Origin: a candidate division WOR-3 bacterium
GTDB taxonomy: Bacteria > Hydrothermota > Hydrothermia > LBFQ01
DNA: 64,000 nucleotides
NCBI GenBank assembly: GCA_039802605.1
Contig: JBDRWW010000002.1
Span: 32,001-96,000, forward strand
Reading direction: 5' to 3'
The notes below the pieces were generated by a model. That model saw only the letters and a list, made by a program, of their open reading frames with translations. It made no database searches and was not told the DNA's origin. Positions within the stretch are counted from its first letter, which is position 1; every line of letters starts with the position of its first letter. A program made the translations under genes and the position numbers. This document shows positions 53,969 to 64,000 of this stretch, piece after piece.

Positions 53969-54329
53969 CCGCTGTTTTATATGCGGCGAGGGTGGTTTGA
54001 ACTTGGATTTTGAAGTTTTTGAAGGGGAAGCAAGGGCATACTTTAAGATTGACGATAGATTCCAAGGTTTTGAGGGTATAACCCATGGGGGGATTATTTC
54101 TTCCATCTTGGCGGAATGTATGGGGGTTTTGGTTTCTTCGCTCAATGGTAAGTTTTTGGGAAGGGAAATATGCGCGGAATTCTTAAAGGTTATGCCCGTT
54201 AATGAAAACTACGAGGTTGTGGCAAGGCTTTTGGAGATTGATGGAAATAGGGTTGTATGCGAAGGATACATTCGCAACAGAAACGGTGAGATTGCGGCAA
54301 GGGGTAAGGGGGTTTTTGTTTTAATATGA
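53949..54329 (+). CDS. PaaI-family hotdog thioesterase
   Basis: CFICG, FQGFEGITHGGII. Confidence 0.82.
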   Translation: MKIRGHNRCFICGEGGLNLDFEVFEGEARAYFKIDDRFQGFEGITHGGIISSILAECMGVLVSSLNGKFLGREICAEFLKVMPVNENYEVVARLLEIDGNRVVCEGYIRNRNGEIAARGKGVFVLI

Positions 54330-55624
54330 GGTTATCGGAATTGGCAAAAATTTTAAACGGTTGCCTTAGGGGATACGATGTCGAATTTGCGGGGGTTTCA
54401 ACGGATAGCAGGGACATTGATATAGGGGATTTATTCGTGGCCATTAAGGGTTTAAGGTTTGATGGGCACGATTTCGTTGAAGATGCCTTAAACAGGGGGG
54501 CGGTTGCGTCCCTGGTGGAGAAACCCGTAAAGGGGAATTATGTACTCGTTGATGATACCGTTAATGCCTTACTGAGATGGGCAAGGTATAAGAGGGAAAG
54601 GTTTAAAGGTGAGGTTATAGGTGTTCTCGGTGCCGTTGGCAAAACCACTACAAAGGGGATGTTGGCCCACACCTTAAAGGAATTTTACAAAATAACATAT
54701 TCACCAAAGAGTTTTAACAACTTTGTGGGGCTATCAATAACTATAACAAAAGCATCCGTAGATGAGGATTTATGGGTTTTGGAATTGGGTACAAACAGAC
54801 CCGGTGAAATAAAAAAACTGGCAAAATCCTCAATACCAAACCATGTAATATTTACCCGCCTTGGTCCGGAACACATAGAGGGTTTTGGGAGTACATTAAA
54901 CGCCATAAGGGAAGAGTATAGTGTTTTGGAATATGTGGATGGGTTGGTTTTGATACATTCTGAGGCCCCCATTTTTCCGGAAGGGAGGTTTTACACATAC
55001 GGGTTTTCCGAAGGGGATTTCGTCGGTAAAAACCTGAATATATCGGAGGATGGTGTAAGGTTTAACTTTGAGGGGGTAGAGTTTTTTGTACCCTATCCGC
55101 ATTTCGGGTTTGCGGAAAACGCCTTAGCCGTTGCGAGCTTTTCAAAGCTTTTCGGATTACCCTTAAAAGAGGTTTCGGATATATTGAGGGAATACAGGGG
55201 TGAGCCTATGAGGATGGAAAGGCTTAAATGCGGTGATCTATTGGTTATAAACGATGCTTACAACTCAAACCCCCTATCCGTTGATATGCTCTTAAAATCG
55301 GTTTATCATATATATCCGGATAAAAAGATATTTTTCGCATTTGGGGATATGTTGGAATTGGGATCCGAATCGGAGTATTGGCACAGGTGGGTGGGGAAAA
55401 AGATGTGCCTTTACGGTATTTCTGCCGTTGCGGGATATGGCGGGTTTTCGGGTTTTGTATTGGATGAGGCGAAGAATTGCGGTATTAAAACCTTCTACGC
55501 CAAAAGTCATGAGGATATAGCGGAGTATATCTTGGCGGGGGATTGGGATATTGTGATAGTTAAAGGGTCGCGGGGTATGGAGATGGAAAGGGTTGTTAAG
55601 ATTCTATGCTCTCGGAATACATAA
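54326..55624 (+). CDS. murF: UDP-N-acetylmuramoyl-tripeptide--D-Ala-D-Ala ligase
   Basis: STDSR, DGHDF, GAVGKTTTK, NDAYNSNP, GDMLELG, KGSRG. Confidence 0.94.
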   Translation: MRLSELAKILNGCLRGYDVEFAGVSTDSRDIDIGDLFVAIKGLRFDGHDFVEDALNRGAVASLVEKPVKGNYVLVDDTVNALLRWARYKRERFKGEVIGVLGAVGKTTTKGMLAHTLKEFYKITYSPKSFNNFVGLSITITKASVDEDLWVLELGTNRPGEIKKLAKSSIPNHVIFTRLGPEHIEGFGSTLNAIREEYSVLEYVDGLVLIHSEAPIFPEGRFYTYGFSEGDFVGKNLNISEDGVRFNFEGVEFFVPYPHFGFAENALAVASFSKLFGLPLKEVSDILREYRGEPMRMERLKCGDLLVINDAYNSNPLSVDMLLKSVYHIYPDKKIFFAFGDMLELGSESEYWHRWVGKKMCLYGISAVAGYGGFSGFVLDEAKNCGIKTFYAKSHEDIAEYILAGDWDIVIVKGSRGMEMERVVKILCSRNT

Positions 55625-56508
55625 GGGAAAACAAATCCCTATTTTCAACCCTTAGGGAAATCCTTGGGGAAGGGTTTGATGAGTTTTTGGATTATATAAC
55701 TTCCTTTAAGTTAAGGCCTTATATAAGGGCCAATACCCTGAAAATTGAACCCGAAAGGTTAAAACAACGCCTTGAAGGTAAAGGTTTTGTATTGAAGGAA
55801 ACCATTTTAAACTACGCTTTTAGGGTTGATTACTATCCGTCGGAATTGGGTAAAACCTTGGAGCACTTTTTGGGTTATTATTATGTTCAGGATTTGGCAT
55901 CCATGCTACCGGCACACATATTAAATCCTAAAAAACACTCTTATGTCTTGGATATAGCATCCGCACCCGGTTCAAAAACAACGCTTTTAAGCATGTTAAT
56001 GGAAAACACGGGTTTTATACTCGCAAACGATTACAGCATGGATAGGACAAAGGCTACGGTTAATAATGTTGAAAGGTTGGGTTGCTTAAATGTTGTCATA
56101 AGCATAAGCAAGGGCGAGAAATTGGTAAAGTATTACAAAAATTATTTTGATTATGCCCTCGTCGATGCCCCTTGCACATCCTTGGGAACATTGCACAAAA
56201 ACCCGGAGGTTATAAGGTGGTGGTCCCCAAGGGAGGTGAATGTTATGGCAAAAACCCAGTTAAACCTACTCCTGGCGGCTTACGAGATGTTAAAGGATGG
56301 CGGAACCTTGGTTTATTCAACATGTACGCTGACATATGAGGAAAACGAGGAAGTCGTTGAGAGATTCTTGAAGATGAGCGGGGCAAAGGTTGAGGAAATA
56401 AGGTTAAATATAGGGGAGGTTTACGGTGGAATTAGGGGTACGGTAAGACTTTACCCTCACAAAACGCAAACCGAGGGGTTTTTTATGGCAAAGTTTAAAA
56501 AGGTATGA
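55606..56508 (+). CDS. RsmB/RsmF/NOP2-family RNA m5C methyltransferase
   Basis: YVQDLASM, ASAPGSKT, VDAPC, VYSTCT, EENE. Confidence 0.92.
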   Translation: MLSEYIRENKSLFSTLREILGEGFDEFLDYITSFKLRPYIRANTLKIEPERLKQRLEGKGFVLKETILNYAFRVDYYPSELGKTLEHFLGYYYVQDLASMLPAHILNPKKHSYVLDIASAPGSKTTLLSMLMENTGFILANDYSMDRTKATVNNVERLGCLNVVISISKGEKLVKYYKNYFDYALVDAPCTSLGTLHKNPEVIRWWSPREVNVMAKTQLNLLLAAYEMLKDGGTLVYSTCTLTYEENEEVVERFLKMSGAKVEEIRLNIGEVYGGIRGTVRLYPHKTQTEGFFMAKFKKV

Positions 56509-57578
56509 GAAACCTGATAGTTTTATCCCTTGTTAGTTTTTTTCAAGACCTTTCAAGTGAAACGATATTCCCAATTTTAACACATATGGTTGGAAGTTTT
56601 GGTGTTCAGTATTTTGGGATAATGGAGGCTATCGCGGAATTAACATCAAACCTTCTAAAACTCGTTTCGGGGAATATTTACGATAGGTTTTCAAAGGCAA
56701 AACCTCTAATATTCGTAGGCTATTTATTATCAACAATGGCGAAAAGCGTATATATATTCGCAAACTTACCGATTTCGTTTATACTCGGGAGGTTTGGTGA
56801 TAGGATAGGTAAGGGTATAAGGACGAGTCCGAGGGATGCCCTATTATCCCTAAGCGTCCCAAAGGAAAAGCAGGGTATTGCCTTCGGTATTCACAGGTTT
56901 TCGGATACATTGGGGGCGGTATTGGGGCCTTTACTTTTATTGTTCCTCATAAGTAGGTTTTCCGAAAGGTATATTATAGCAATTGCATTGATACCAGCGG
57001 TTATAGCCGTGCCGCTCATAACCCTCGCAAAGGAAGTGGGGAAGGTAAAAACCCCAAAATTCACCATAAGGTTTGTTCTACCGTTAAAACTCTCCATATT
57101 CTTGGTTTTTCTATCCATGGGCAATATATCCATAGGCTTTTTCCTACTAAAAGGTGGGGATATACACACCTTCCCGATAAACTATTTGGTTTTTAATGTG
57201 GTATACGCCGTTGTGAATTTGGTTGCCGGATATTTTTACGATAAGTTGGGTTTCAAGGTTTTAATGTTTTTGGGCTTGGCCTTTTTAGTACTTTCCGATA
57301 TTACGGTTATAAAAGGTTTTAACCTACTCATTTCCGTTTCGCTTTTCGGGATATTTTATGGGATATACGATACCATACCCAAAGCGTATATCGGTAAGGT
57401 TATGGGTGAAAGTCTGAAAGGTTCGGCATTCGGTTCGTATTACATATTATCGGGTATATCCCTGTTTGTAGGTAATATCTTGGCGGGTTTTCTGTTTGGC
57501 TTATACGGTAATGTTGGAGCCTTTATACTATCCGCAATTTTCGGCATATCCGCAACAATAATCCTAATCTTCCTTTGA
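56505..57578 (+). CDS. MFS transporter
   Basis: DRIGKGIRTSPRDALL, AFGIHR..DTLGA, many TM helices. Confidence 0.88.
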   Translation: MRNLIVLSLVSFFQDLSSETIFPILTHMVGSFGVQYFGIMEAIAELTSNLLKLVSGNIYDRFSKAKPLIFVGYLLSTMAKSVYIFANLPISFILGRFGDRIGKGIRTSPRDALLSLSVPKEKQGIAFGIHRFSDTLGAVLGPLLLLFLISRFSERYIIAIALIPAVIAVPLITLAKEVGKVKTPKFTIRFVLPLKLSIFLVFLSMGNISIGFFLLKGGDIHTFPINYLVFNVVYAVVNLVAGYFYDKLGFKVLMFLGLAFLVLSDITVIKGFNLLISVSLFGIFYGIYDTIPKAYIGKVMGESLKGSAFGSYYILSGISLFVGNILAGFLFGLYGNVGAFILSAIFGISATIILIFL

Positions 57579-58615
57579 CAGGGCTTTACATTCATATACC
57601 CTTTTGTAGAAAGGTTTGCCCGTATTGCGATTTTTATAGGAGGGTCGGTGAGGTTTGGGATGAATATATATCGGTACTTTGTAAGGAGATGGTGGAGTAT
57701 AAGGGGGAAGTTGTGGATACGGTTTATTTTGGGGGTGGAACGCCTTCCCTGTTAAAACACCATCAACTTTATACCCTGTTTGAGAGCATATACGAGAACT
57801 TTAAACTTAGTCCCAAGGAAATAACCATAGAGGCCAATCCGGAAGATGTTAATGGTAAGAATTTGGAATTCTGGAAAACTTTGGGGATAAACAGGATAAG
57901 CATAGGGGTTCAAACCTTTAACGAAAGGGGTTTAAAAGTTTTGGGCAGGTGGCACACACCGGAGGAATGTATAAAGGCTGTTGAAAAATCTTTAAGTGCG
58001 GGTTTTAACACAAATGTGGATATAATATTCGCCTATCCGGAACAAACCTTAAAGGATTTTGAAAAGGATTTGGAGATGATTTTAAGGTTAAAACCCCAAC
58101 ATATTTCCGTTTATAGCCTCCAAATTGAGGAAAAAACGCTGTACCATTACTGGTACAAAAGGGGTAAATTGAATGTTCCAGAGGACATAAGGGAATTTTA
58201 CGTTTTAAGGGATAGCATTTTGGAGGATGGGGGTTATATAAGGTATGAGATTTCAAACTTTGCCAAAAGGGGATACGAATGCGCCCATAATATGAAATAT
58301 TGGAAAAGGGAGAAATATCTGGGACTTGGACCATCCGCCGCGTCCTTTATTCCCGAAAAAAAGCTGAGGTTTAGGAATTTGCCATCTTTAAACCTTTATA
58401 TGAAAAATCACCCGCCTCCAAGGGAATACGAAATTCTGGACGATTATAAGGAAAGGATTGAAAAAATCTATTTGGGTTTGAGGATAGGGCTGAAAAAAGA
58501 AGAATTGGGCGATATGGGTAAAGTTGGGGAATTTTTGGAAGAGTTTGAAGGTAATATAAGGGTTAAAAAGGAGTTTTTGCACATATTTGATAAAATAGTG
58601 GAGGAATTGATATAG
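57575..58615 (+). CDS. hemW: Radical SAM heme chaperone HemW
   Basis: LYIHIPFCRKVCPYCDF, GGGTPS, YEISNFA, HNMKYW (HNxxYW). Confidence 0.9.
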   Translation: MTGLYIHIPFCRKVCPYCDFYRRVGEVWDEYISVLCKEMVEYKGEVVDTVYFGGGTPSLLKHHQLYTLFESIYENFKLSPKEITIEANPEDVNGKNLEFWKTLGINRISIGVQTFNERGLKVLGRWHTPEECIKAVEKSLSAGFNTNVDIIFAYPEQTLKDFEKDLEMILRLKPQHISVYSLQIEEKTLYHYWYKRGKLNVPEDIREFYVLRDSILEDGGYIRYEISNFAKRGYECAHNMKYWKREKYLGLGPSAASFIPEKKLRFRNLPSLNLYMKNHPPPREYEILDDYKERIEKIYLGLRIGLKKEELGDMGKVGEFLEEFEGNIRVKKEFLHIFDKIVEELI

Positions 58616-58619
58616 GGTT

Positions 58620-59594
58620 TTATCGCACCTTTGCGGCTTCCGATAAAACATCTAAAACCTTCTTCTTTATACCCTCCTTATCAAACCCGTAATGTCTGTA
58701 AAGATCTTTATAGGAACCCGACCTACCAAAACTATCACCCATGTTTATAAAGTTTATGGGTGCGGATATTCCCTCTTTTGCCAAGAAATGGGAAACGGCC
58801 ATACCAAGGCCTCCCCACATAACATGGTCTTCCACAACGATTATACCTCCCCTTGCCTTTGCGGCGTCAACTATTGCCTCCTCATCGTACGGTTTTATCC
58901 CTATGAAATCATAAACGGCTGCCGAAATACCCTCTTTCTCCAATTCAAGGGCGGCCGAAAGGGCGTGGTGCACCGGCAAACCCGTTGCAATTATTGATAT
59001 ATCCTTCCCTTCCTTTAACTTTACGGCCTCACCTATTTTATAATTAAACTCCTCTCTATATATTGTAGGACTTGAAGGCCTAACAAGCCTAACATACGCA
59101 TAACCCTCATACTCATAGACCGCTCTTAAAACGCTCTTTGCGGAATAATAATCCGAGGGCGATAATACAACCATTCCCGGTATTGCGGACATTATGGCTA
59201 TATCCTCACATATCTGGTGGGATGCCCCATCCTCACCGGTTGCAATCCCGGCATGCGTTGCCACGAGTTTTACATTAAAGTTTCCATATGCAACGGATAA
59301 CCTTATCTGCTCCCAAGGCCTACCCGTTGTAAAAACCGCAAAACTTGATGTAAAGGGTATTTTACCAACCGCCGCTAAACCCGCGGCTATACCTATCATA
59401 TTCTGTTCCTGAATGCCGATCTCTATATACCTTTCTGGATATTTCTCCCCAAACTTCGCGGCGTTAGTTGAATGCCCCAAATCGCAATCTATAACCACCA
59501 CCCTTTCATCGTCCCCTATTTCCAAAAGGAAATCACCATAAGCCTTTCTTATAGGAATCTCATTCCCGAGTTTGTCAATGTATATTCTCTTCAT
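58620..59594 (-). CDS. Transketolase C-terminal (pyrimidine-binding) subunit
   Basis: DCDLGHST, GIQEQNM, GEDGASHQ, VEDH..GGLG. Confidence 0.9.
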   Translation of the reverse strand: MKRIYIDKLGNEIPIRKAYGDFLLEIGDDERVVVIDCDLGHSTNAAKFGEKYPERYIEIGIQEQNMIGIAAGLAAVGKIPFTSSFAVFTTGRPWEQIRLSVAYGNFNVKLVATHAGIATGEDGASHQICEDIAIMSAIPGMVVLSPSDYYSAKSVLRAVYEYEGYAYVRLVRPSSPTIYREEFNYKIGEAVKLKEGKDISIIATGLPVHHALSAALELEKEGISAAVYDFIGIKPYDEEAIVDAAKARGGIIVVEDHVMWGGLGMAVSHFLAKEGISAPINFINMGDSFGRSGSYKDLYRHYGFDKEGIKKKVLDVLSEAAKVR

Positions 59595-60686
59595 TTATGT
59601 TAAAGGCACGGTCAGGAAAAACACCTCATCCCTTCCGCTTGGAGATATGTAAATAGGCGTACTCTCGCCGGAAATCTTAATATCAACCCTCTCATATTCC
59701 AACTTTTTCAAAATTTCCCTTATATGATTCCCAAGCATTTTAATGGAGATCTTTCCAAAGGTTTCCCCTTCAACCTCCTCAATCCCCCTACCCTTTGCCG
59801 AAAGCGTGGATATAACCGCCTTGTTTTGCTCAATGTCAAATATTAATTCTCCGGTTTCCGGTAAAAAGGGTTGTAACCTCTCTACCGCAAAGAGTAAATC
59901 GTCCCTATTGGCGGTTATGCCGGCAACGAATTCCCTAGGTATAAACTCCTCATAATCCACATACTCTTCATCTATTAGCCTAACTATTAAGGATACATTC
60001 ACGGGTTCAACGGTGGTTTTTATATAAAGGCGCCCTTTTTCTATGTTCAATATTGCCGAACCCTCATCTATCAACTTAACCACATCCACCATATATGTGG
60101 GTATAATCCCTTTAAATTCACCCTCAAACCTCATAGCCGCAAACTTGCCAAATATGGTCCCATCCGAAGCCACAAAGTTTAAATTCCCATCCTTACTATG
60201 TATATATACACCGTTCAAAAATATCCTGCTGTCGTTTTCCGCCGCACACCAACCCACCACATTTAAACCCTCCACAAAATCCTCCAAGTTTATAGTATAA
60301 CCCTCTGAGATTGAATAATCCGGAGGTTCCGGAAACTCATCCCTGTTTAGTTTATGAAGTTCGTACTGGGATTGGCTACCCTCGCTAAAAATCCTTATAG
60401 AACTTTCCTCTTCAACGACCTTTACGCTTGGGGTTTTAAAGTTTTTCAAAAGGGCCAACATCTCTTTAATCGGTATAAAAACCTCACCATCCGAACCTTC
60501 GTATATGGGCATATCCTGTATCAACCAGCTATCCACATCCGTGGCATATACCGTTAAGCTTCCATCACCAACCTTTAACAACACACCCGGCGATAAAAAC
60601 AGATTTTTCTTAACCTTACTTATAAGTTTGTTTGCCCTGCTCAAAGCCTCATAAAAAATTTCCCTATCAATTAAAAAATTCATCAT
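59595..60686 (-). CDS. dnaN: DNA polymerase III beta sliding clamp
   Basis: ATD, RIFLNGV, VASDG, RLIDEEYVDY, three-domain length of about 363 aa. Confidence 0.88.
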   Translation of the reverse strand: MMNFLIDREIFYEALSRANKLISKVKKNLFLSPGVLLKVGDGSLTVYATDVDSWLIQDMPIYEGSDGEVFIPIKEMLALLKNFKTPSVKVVEEESSIRIFSEGSQSQYELHKLNRDEFPEPPDYSISEGYTINLEDFVEGLNVVGWCAAENDSRIFLNGVYIHSKDGNLNFVASDGTIFGKFAAMRFEGEFKGIIPTYMVDVVKLIDEGSAILNIEKGRLYIKTTVEPVNVSLIVRLIDEEYVDYEEFIPREFVAGITANRDDLLFAVERLQPFLPETGELIFDIEQNKAVISTLSAKGRGIEEVEGETFGKISIKMLGNHIREILKKLEYERVDIKISGESTPIYISPSGRDEVFFLTVPLT

Positions 60687-60723
60687 AAGCGGGTATTTTA
60701 CCTCTGCCGTGTGTGTTTTGTGG

Positions 60724-62193
60724 CTAATCCTGTCTTTTTACCTTTTCCCATATAATCTTTGGGGAGTTTTTTAACAAAAGCCCATAAGGGAAAATGTATA
60801 TATAGTCTCGTACATAAGGGTAAAATTCGGATGAATCTATTTTGTCCAACACCCACACATTAACGATTACATCGGGTTTTAGCTTTCCTATGGAATAGGA
60901 ATAATCCCATTTGTTGTGGCCAGGTGGGAAATATTTGAATTTTTTAACCAGGGAAACTTTCATATTACCCGTTTTAGGTTTTAGTTTTGCTATGTATCTG
61001 TCATTCTTTCCCAAGAGGTCTATAAAGTACCTGTTTTCAAGGTAATACGGTATAATTCCGGCGGCGGCAACCGCTATTTTTGCCCCATCCCTCGTTATCT
61101 CACCGATTTTGTATATTCTCCAAAGGTATCTAGGGTTATAACTTATATGGAATTCCTCATAGGGTCTTAAAAATACCCTTATCCTGCTTGGATGAATACC
61201 CATAAGCGATAAAATCACAAGGATTATTTTTAATTTCCTCGTTATTTCCGAGAGTGTAAAGGAAGTCAAAAGAACCGTAAAGGGAAAAATATTTAGAAAA
61301 AACCTATTACTCTGAAAGGAACTCTCCCAAACATCCCCACCAACCTTTACAACATACAAAACCAAAACTATAAAGGCAAATATGAATACCTTTGAAAGTT
61401 TATCCCTAATTTTAAAAGCCCAATAAAAGGCTAAACCGTATAAAAACGGGTTGTATATTAAAATGTGCTTTAAAGCGACATAAATCCCCCTCAAATATGT
61501 GTATATATCAAGCCCGGTTGCCTTTAAATAGTATGTGTTTGGGAATATATCCCCGTAATAAAGAACCCTAAAAACCGTCATTCCCAAAAGCATAATGAAT
61601 ACTGCCGAGAGTATTTTTAACCTCTCTTTCCATCCGACTAACAAAAAGAAAACCAAAACAACCAAAGCATAATCCATCCTTATTAAAACACCCAAGGCCA
61701 TAAGAAACGGTATCAATGTTGTTTTATCCTTAACATATAGGTATAACGCAAAGAATGTTATGAAAACCAAAGCGCTTACCTCCATTCCCACCAAAGACCA
61801 GTAAATTAAAGGCATGTAAAACAGCGTTAGGGTTAAAGCCCATATGCCCGTCCCTTGTTTTATCTTCTCGGCAACTTTATAGGCAAAATACCCGGAACCC
61901 AGTAAAAGTATTGCCCCTGTAATTTGCACCAATAAGGGTAGTTTTGATGGTGGTAATGGTATTAAGTGCAATAAAGCCATGTATAAAGTCCATCCAAGGT
62001 TTGTAATCCCTTCCACTCTTGGGGCACCGCAAAACCAGACCAATCCGCAACCCCTTACCAAACTCTTGGCGTAATCCATTGATATCATAGCATCGTCAAA
62101 TAGGACAAAATACCTCTCGTTATTCAGTACAAAAGACCCGCTTATGATAAAATAAATGTAATACAATAAGGCGAAAAACCATAAAAATCGCAA
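60724..62193 (-). CDS. Multi-TM GT-C-like membrane glycosyltransferase
   Basis: FDDAMISMDYA, RVEGITN, GME, PNTYYLK, GGD, IDLLGKND. Confidence 0.7.
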   Translation of the reverse strand: MRFLWFFALLYYIYFIISGSFVLNNERYFVLFDDAMISMDYAKSLVRGCGLVWFCGAPRVEGITNLGWTLYMALLHLIPLPPSKLPLLVQITGAILLLGSGYFAYKVAEKIKQGTGIWALTLTLFYMPLIYWSLVGMEVSALVFITFFALYLYVKDKTTLIPFLMALGVLIRMDYALVVLVFFLLVGWKERLKILSAVFIMLLGMTVFRVLYYGDIFPNTYYLKATGLDIYTYLRGIYVALKHILIYNPFLYGLAFYWAFKIRDKLSKVFIFAFIVLVLYVVKVGGDVWESSFQSNRFFLNIFPFTVLLTSFTLSEITRKLKIILVILSLMGIHPSRIRVFLRPYEEFHISYNPRYLWRIYKIGEITRDGAKIAVAAAGIIPYYLENRYFIDLLGKNDRYIAKLKPKTGNMKVSLVKKFKYFPPGHNKWDYSYSIGKLKPDVIVNVWVLDKIDSSEFYPYVRDYIYIFPYGLLLKNSPKIIWEKVKRQD

Positions 62194-62245
62194 GGGGCAA
62201 TATTTTAAGGTTGTTAAAAAATTTTCTCCTTTATACTAACTGCTT

Positions 62246-63385
62246 ATGCGTAAGGTCGTATGGTTTTTAAGCCTTATGGGAGTTTTCTTAATTTTATTTG
62301 CGCAAACAACTCCGGAGCCACAATCCCAATCGGAACAAATGGAAGAGCAGATGGGAGAACCTTCGCCCCAACAACCTGAAACACAACCCCAAACCCCGGA
62401 AGAAACCAAACCACAAGGTGGGACATTGGAATTAAAAGAAGGGGCTTACACATTTGAAATGCCACCAAAGAGTTTGGATTCGTATTATCCCCCTGTTGCC
62501 AAAAGGGCAAGGAATTACAGGGCTTATATGGATACCCTCGGAAGGAGGTTTTACGACCTAATGGTTGATATAAATTCCGTAGATTTGGAGGTTTTAGAGG
62601 ATTCTTATGTCAGGTTTAAAGATTATTATACATTTGTGGCCGAACTCGTGCCAGAGTGGAAGGATAGGTTTTTGTTGAGCGATGTTGAAGAACTTGGCAA
62701 GATTTTGGGGTTTATAAAGGATACCACGGATACAACCAAATCCGCAAAAAAGGATACGGTTTTACCAATAGGGGCACAGAGGAGATTGAACCCCAAAGTT
62801 GATTATATTATGAAAAAGATAGAGTACTCCTGCAAATCCTGTCATTTACAAGAAATACCGAAGGTTTATTTTAGGTATTACTGGCATACCAGGGATATGA
62901 AGATGAACATGGCCACGTTCAAAGTAAAAGATCCATTGAGCGGTAAATTGGTTCCTTATAGGGATTTCAAATCCTTAATGGCAAACGATTATTATACAAT
63001 TTTGAGGGCTATTGACAAGGGTTCAAAAACCGAACTCCGTAAAAATGTTAGGGATTTTATAAAGAGGTTTAATTATAACCAATCCCTGTGTTCAAATTGT
63101 CATGACGAGGATCCATATCTATTCACAACACCAACCATAGCAACGCTTGTAAGGGACCTTGATAATGAGGCGAATAAGAACATACCAAATAAGGATGCCC
63201 TTAGGAGAACATTGTATGAACTTTATAGGGCTAACTGCACAGGATGCCATAGGGTACATTATCCGGCGACTTATGTTCAGAGATTTTGGTATAACGAGCT
63301 TCCAAAACCCCCACAAGAACCCCAAATTCAAGGAACACAGGAGCAACCCTCACAACCCGAACAACAAGAACAACCAACGGAATAA
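62246..63385 (+). CDS. Periplasmic multiheme c-type cytochrome (3 CxxCH) with Q/P/E-rich termini
   Basis: Canonical signal peptide. CKSCH, CSNCH, CTGCH. Confidence 0.8.
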   Translation: MRKVVWFLSLMGVFLILFAQTTPEPQSQSEQMEEQMGEPSPQQPETQPQTPEETKPQGGTLELKEGAYTFEMPPKSLDSYYPPVAKRARNYRAYMDTLGRRFYDLMVDINSVDLEVLEDSYVRFKDYYTFVAELVPEWKDRFLLSDVEELGKILGFIKDTTDTTKSAKKDTVLPIGAQRRLNPKVDYIMKKIEYSCKSCHLQEIPKVYFRYYWHTRDMKMNMATFKVKDPLSGKLVPYRDFKSLMANDYYTILRAIDKGSKTELRKNVRDFIKRFNYNQSLCSNCHDEDPYLFTTPTIATLVRDLDNEANKNIPNKDALRRTLYELYRANCTGCHRVHYPATYVQRFWYNELPKPPQEPQIQGTQEQPSQPEQQEQPTE

Positions 63386-63397
63386 ACCTTTATTATA

Positions 63398-64000
63398 GTG
63401 ATTTTTTTGACAATAGGATATGGTGTTTTTGTTGGCTATTTCTTCTGGAAGGTATTTGAGAATTCAAGTGTTTTAAGGGATCATTATACCAATAAAATAA
63501 GGGGTGCCGGTTTAGTTTTACTTCCATTTCTGCTATGGTATATCTTCCGTGAGTGGAATGTGCCTTTACTTTTATGGACGGTGATTATAACATTAATGGG
63601 TTTATACGACGATTGGAAGGGCCTAGATGGGAGAATTAAGCTGCTCATCACTTTTTTGATATCTTTAAGTGTTTTATTTGTTTTTGGTAAAACCTTACCC
63701 ATAAACATACTTGGATACCAATTTTATATTCCTGCATTAAACGAAATCTTTTGGTTATTGTTCCTGTTGGGTTTTACGAACGCCTTTAATGTTATTGATG
63801 GTAAAGATGGGGTATTATTAACGACTTCATTAACCTCATTGATATTTTTATTTTTAATAACTCAAAGCGATTTTTGGATAAATATCGCGGCGATTTGTGT
63901 AGGGCTACTACTTTATAACTCTCCACCTGCGAAAATCATAATGGGAGATACCGGTTCATACCTTCTGGGTTTTATAATATCCTATGGGTTTTTAAGGAAT
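63398..64000 (+). CDS. MraY/WecA-family polyprenyl-phosphate GlcNAc-1-P transferase, truncated by the window end
   Basis: Not in the ORF track. Manual translation from GTG 63398 gives GLYDDW, NAFNVIDGKDG and YNSPPAKIIMGDTGSYLLGF. Confidence 0.88.
   Translation, partial: MIFLTIGYGVFVGYFFWKVFENSSVLRDHYTNKIRGAGLVLLPFLLWYIFREWNVPLLLWTVIITLMGLYDDWKGLDGRIKLLITFLISLSVLFVFGKTLPINILGYQFYIPALNEIFWLLFLLGFTNAFNVIDGKDGVLLTTSLTSLIFLFLITQSDFWINIAAICVGLLLYNSPPAKIIMGDTGSYLLGFIISYGFLRN

Noticed and set aside
62300..63385. caacaa/gaacaa-rich repeats as a DNA repeat or CRISPR array
   Set aside because: They are codons of Q/P/E-rich protein tails with no fixed repeat-spacer period. No CRISPR array or cas gene was seen in the window.

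Overview
A gene-dense, AT-rich chromosomal window from a diderm bacterium. It is probably a thermophile (K/E/I/V-rich proteins, GC-rich tRNA stems) and probably FCB-related, such as WOR-3/Hydrothermae; that placement is inferred from T9SS-like C-terminal domains and is not proven. Housekeeping genes include gyrA, thiC and thi4 under a TPP riboswitch, dapB, tgt, fmt, an orphan nuoD, yidC, murJ, rpsF-ssb-rpsR-rplI, a purN-purH fusion, yggS, murF, hemW, dnaN and three tRNAs (Leu-TAG, CAT, Asp-GTC). Defence and toxin-antitoxin genes are a Type IIG R-M enzyme, a DpnII-family R-M pair, MntA-HepT, an orphan HicB and an unexplained pair encoding a membrane-anchored TIR-like protein and a PIN nuclease. 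Many secreted proteins are present: BNR-repeat, NIDO-like, gingipain C25, S8 protease, vWA and LTD. Four window-wide signals stand out. (1) Almost every transcription unit has a -10 box only 6-12 nt before the start codon and no SD, implying leaderless mRNAs. (2) Most exported proteins begin with a 5-9 aa uncharged hydrophobic stub instead of a normal signal peptide. (3) Three unrelated secreted proteins share a C-x-x-G-x-D-D-x-[LI]-x-[VI]-x-E motif just before their C-terminal sorting domain. (4) All three tRNAs lack CCA and abut a downstream CDS. Four frameshifts were found by hand: apbE, an outer-membrane barrel gene, and two in the C25 gene. All family assignments come from motif recognition by eye; no searches were run.
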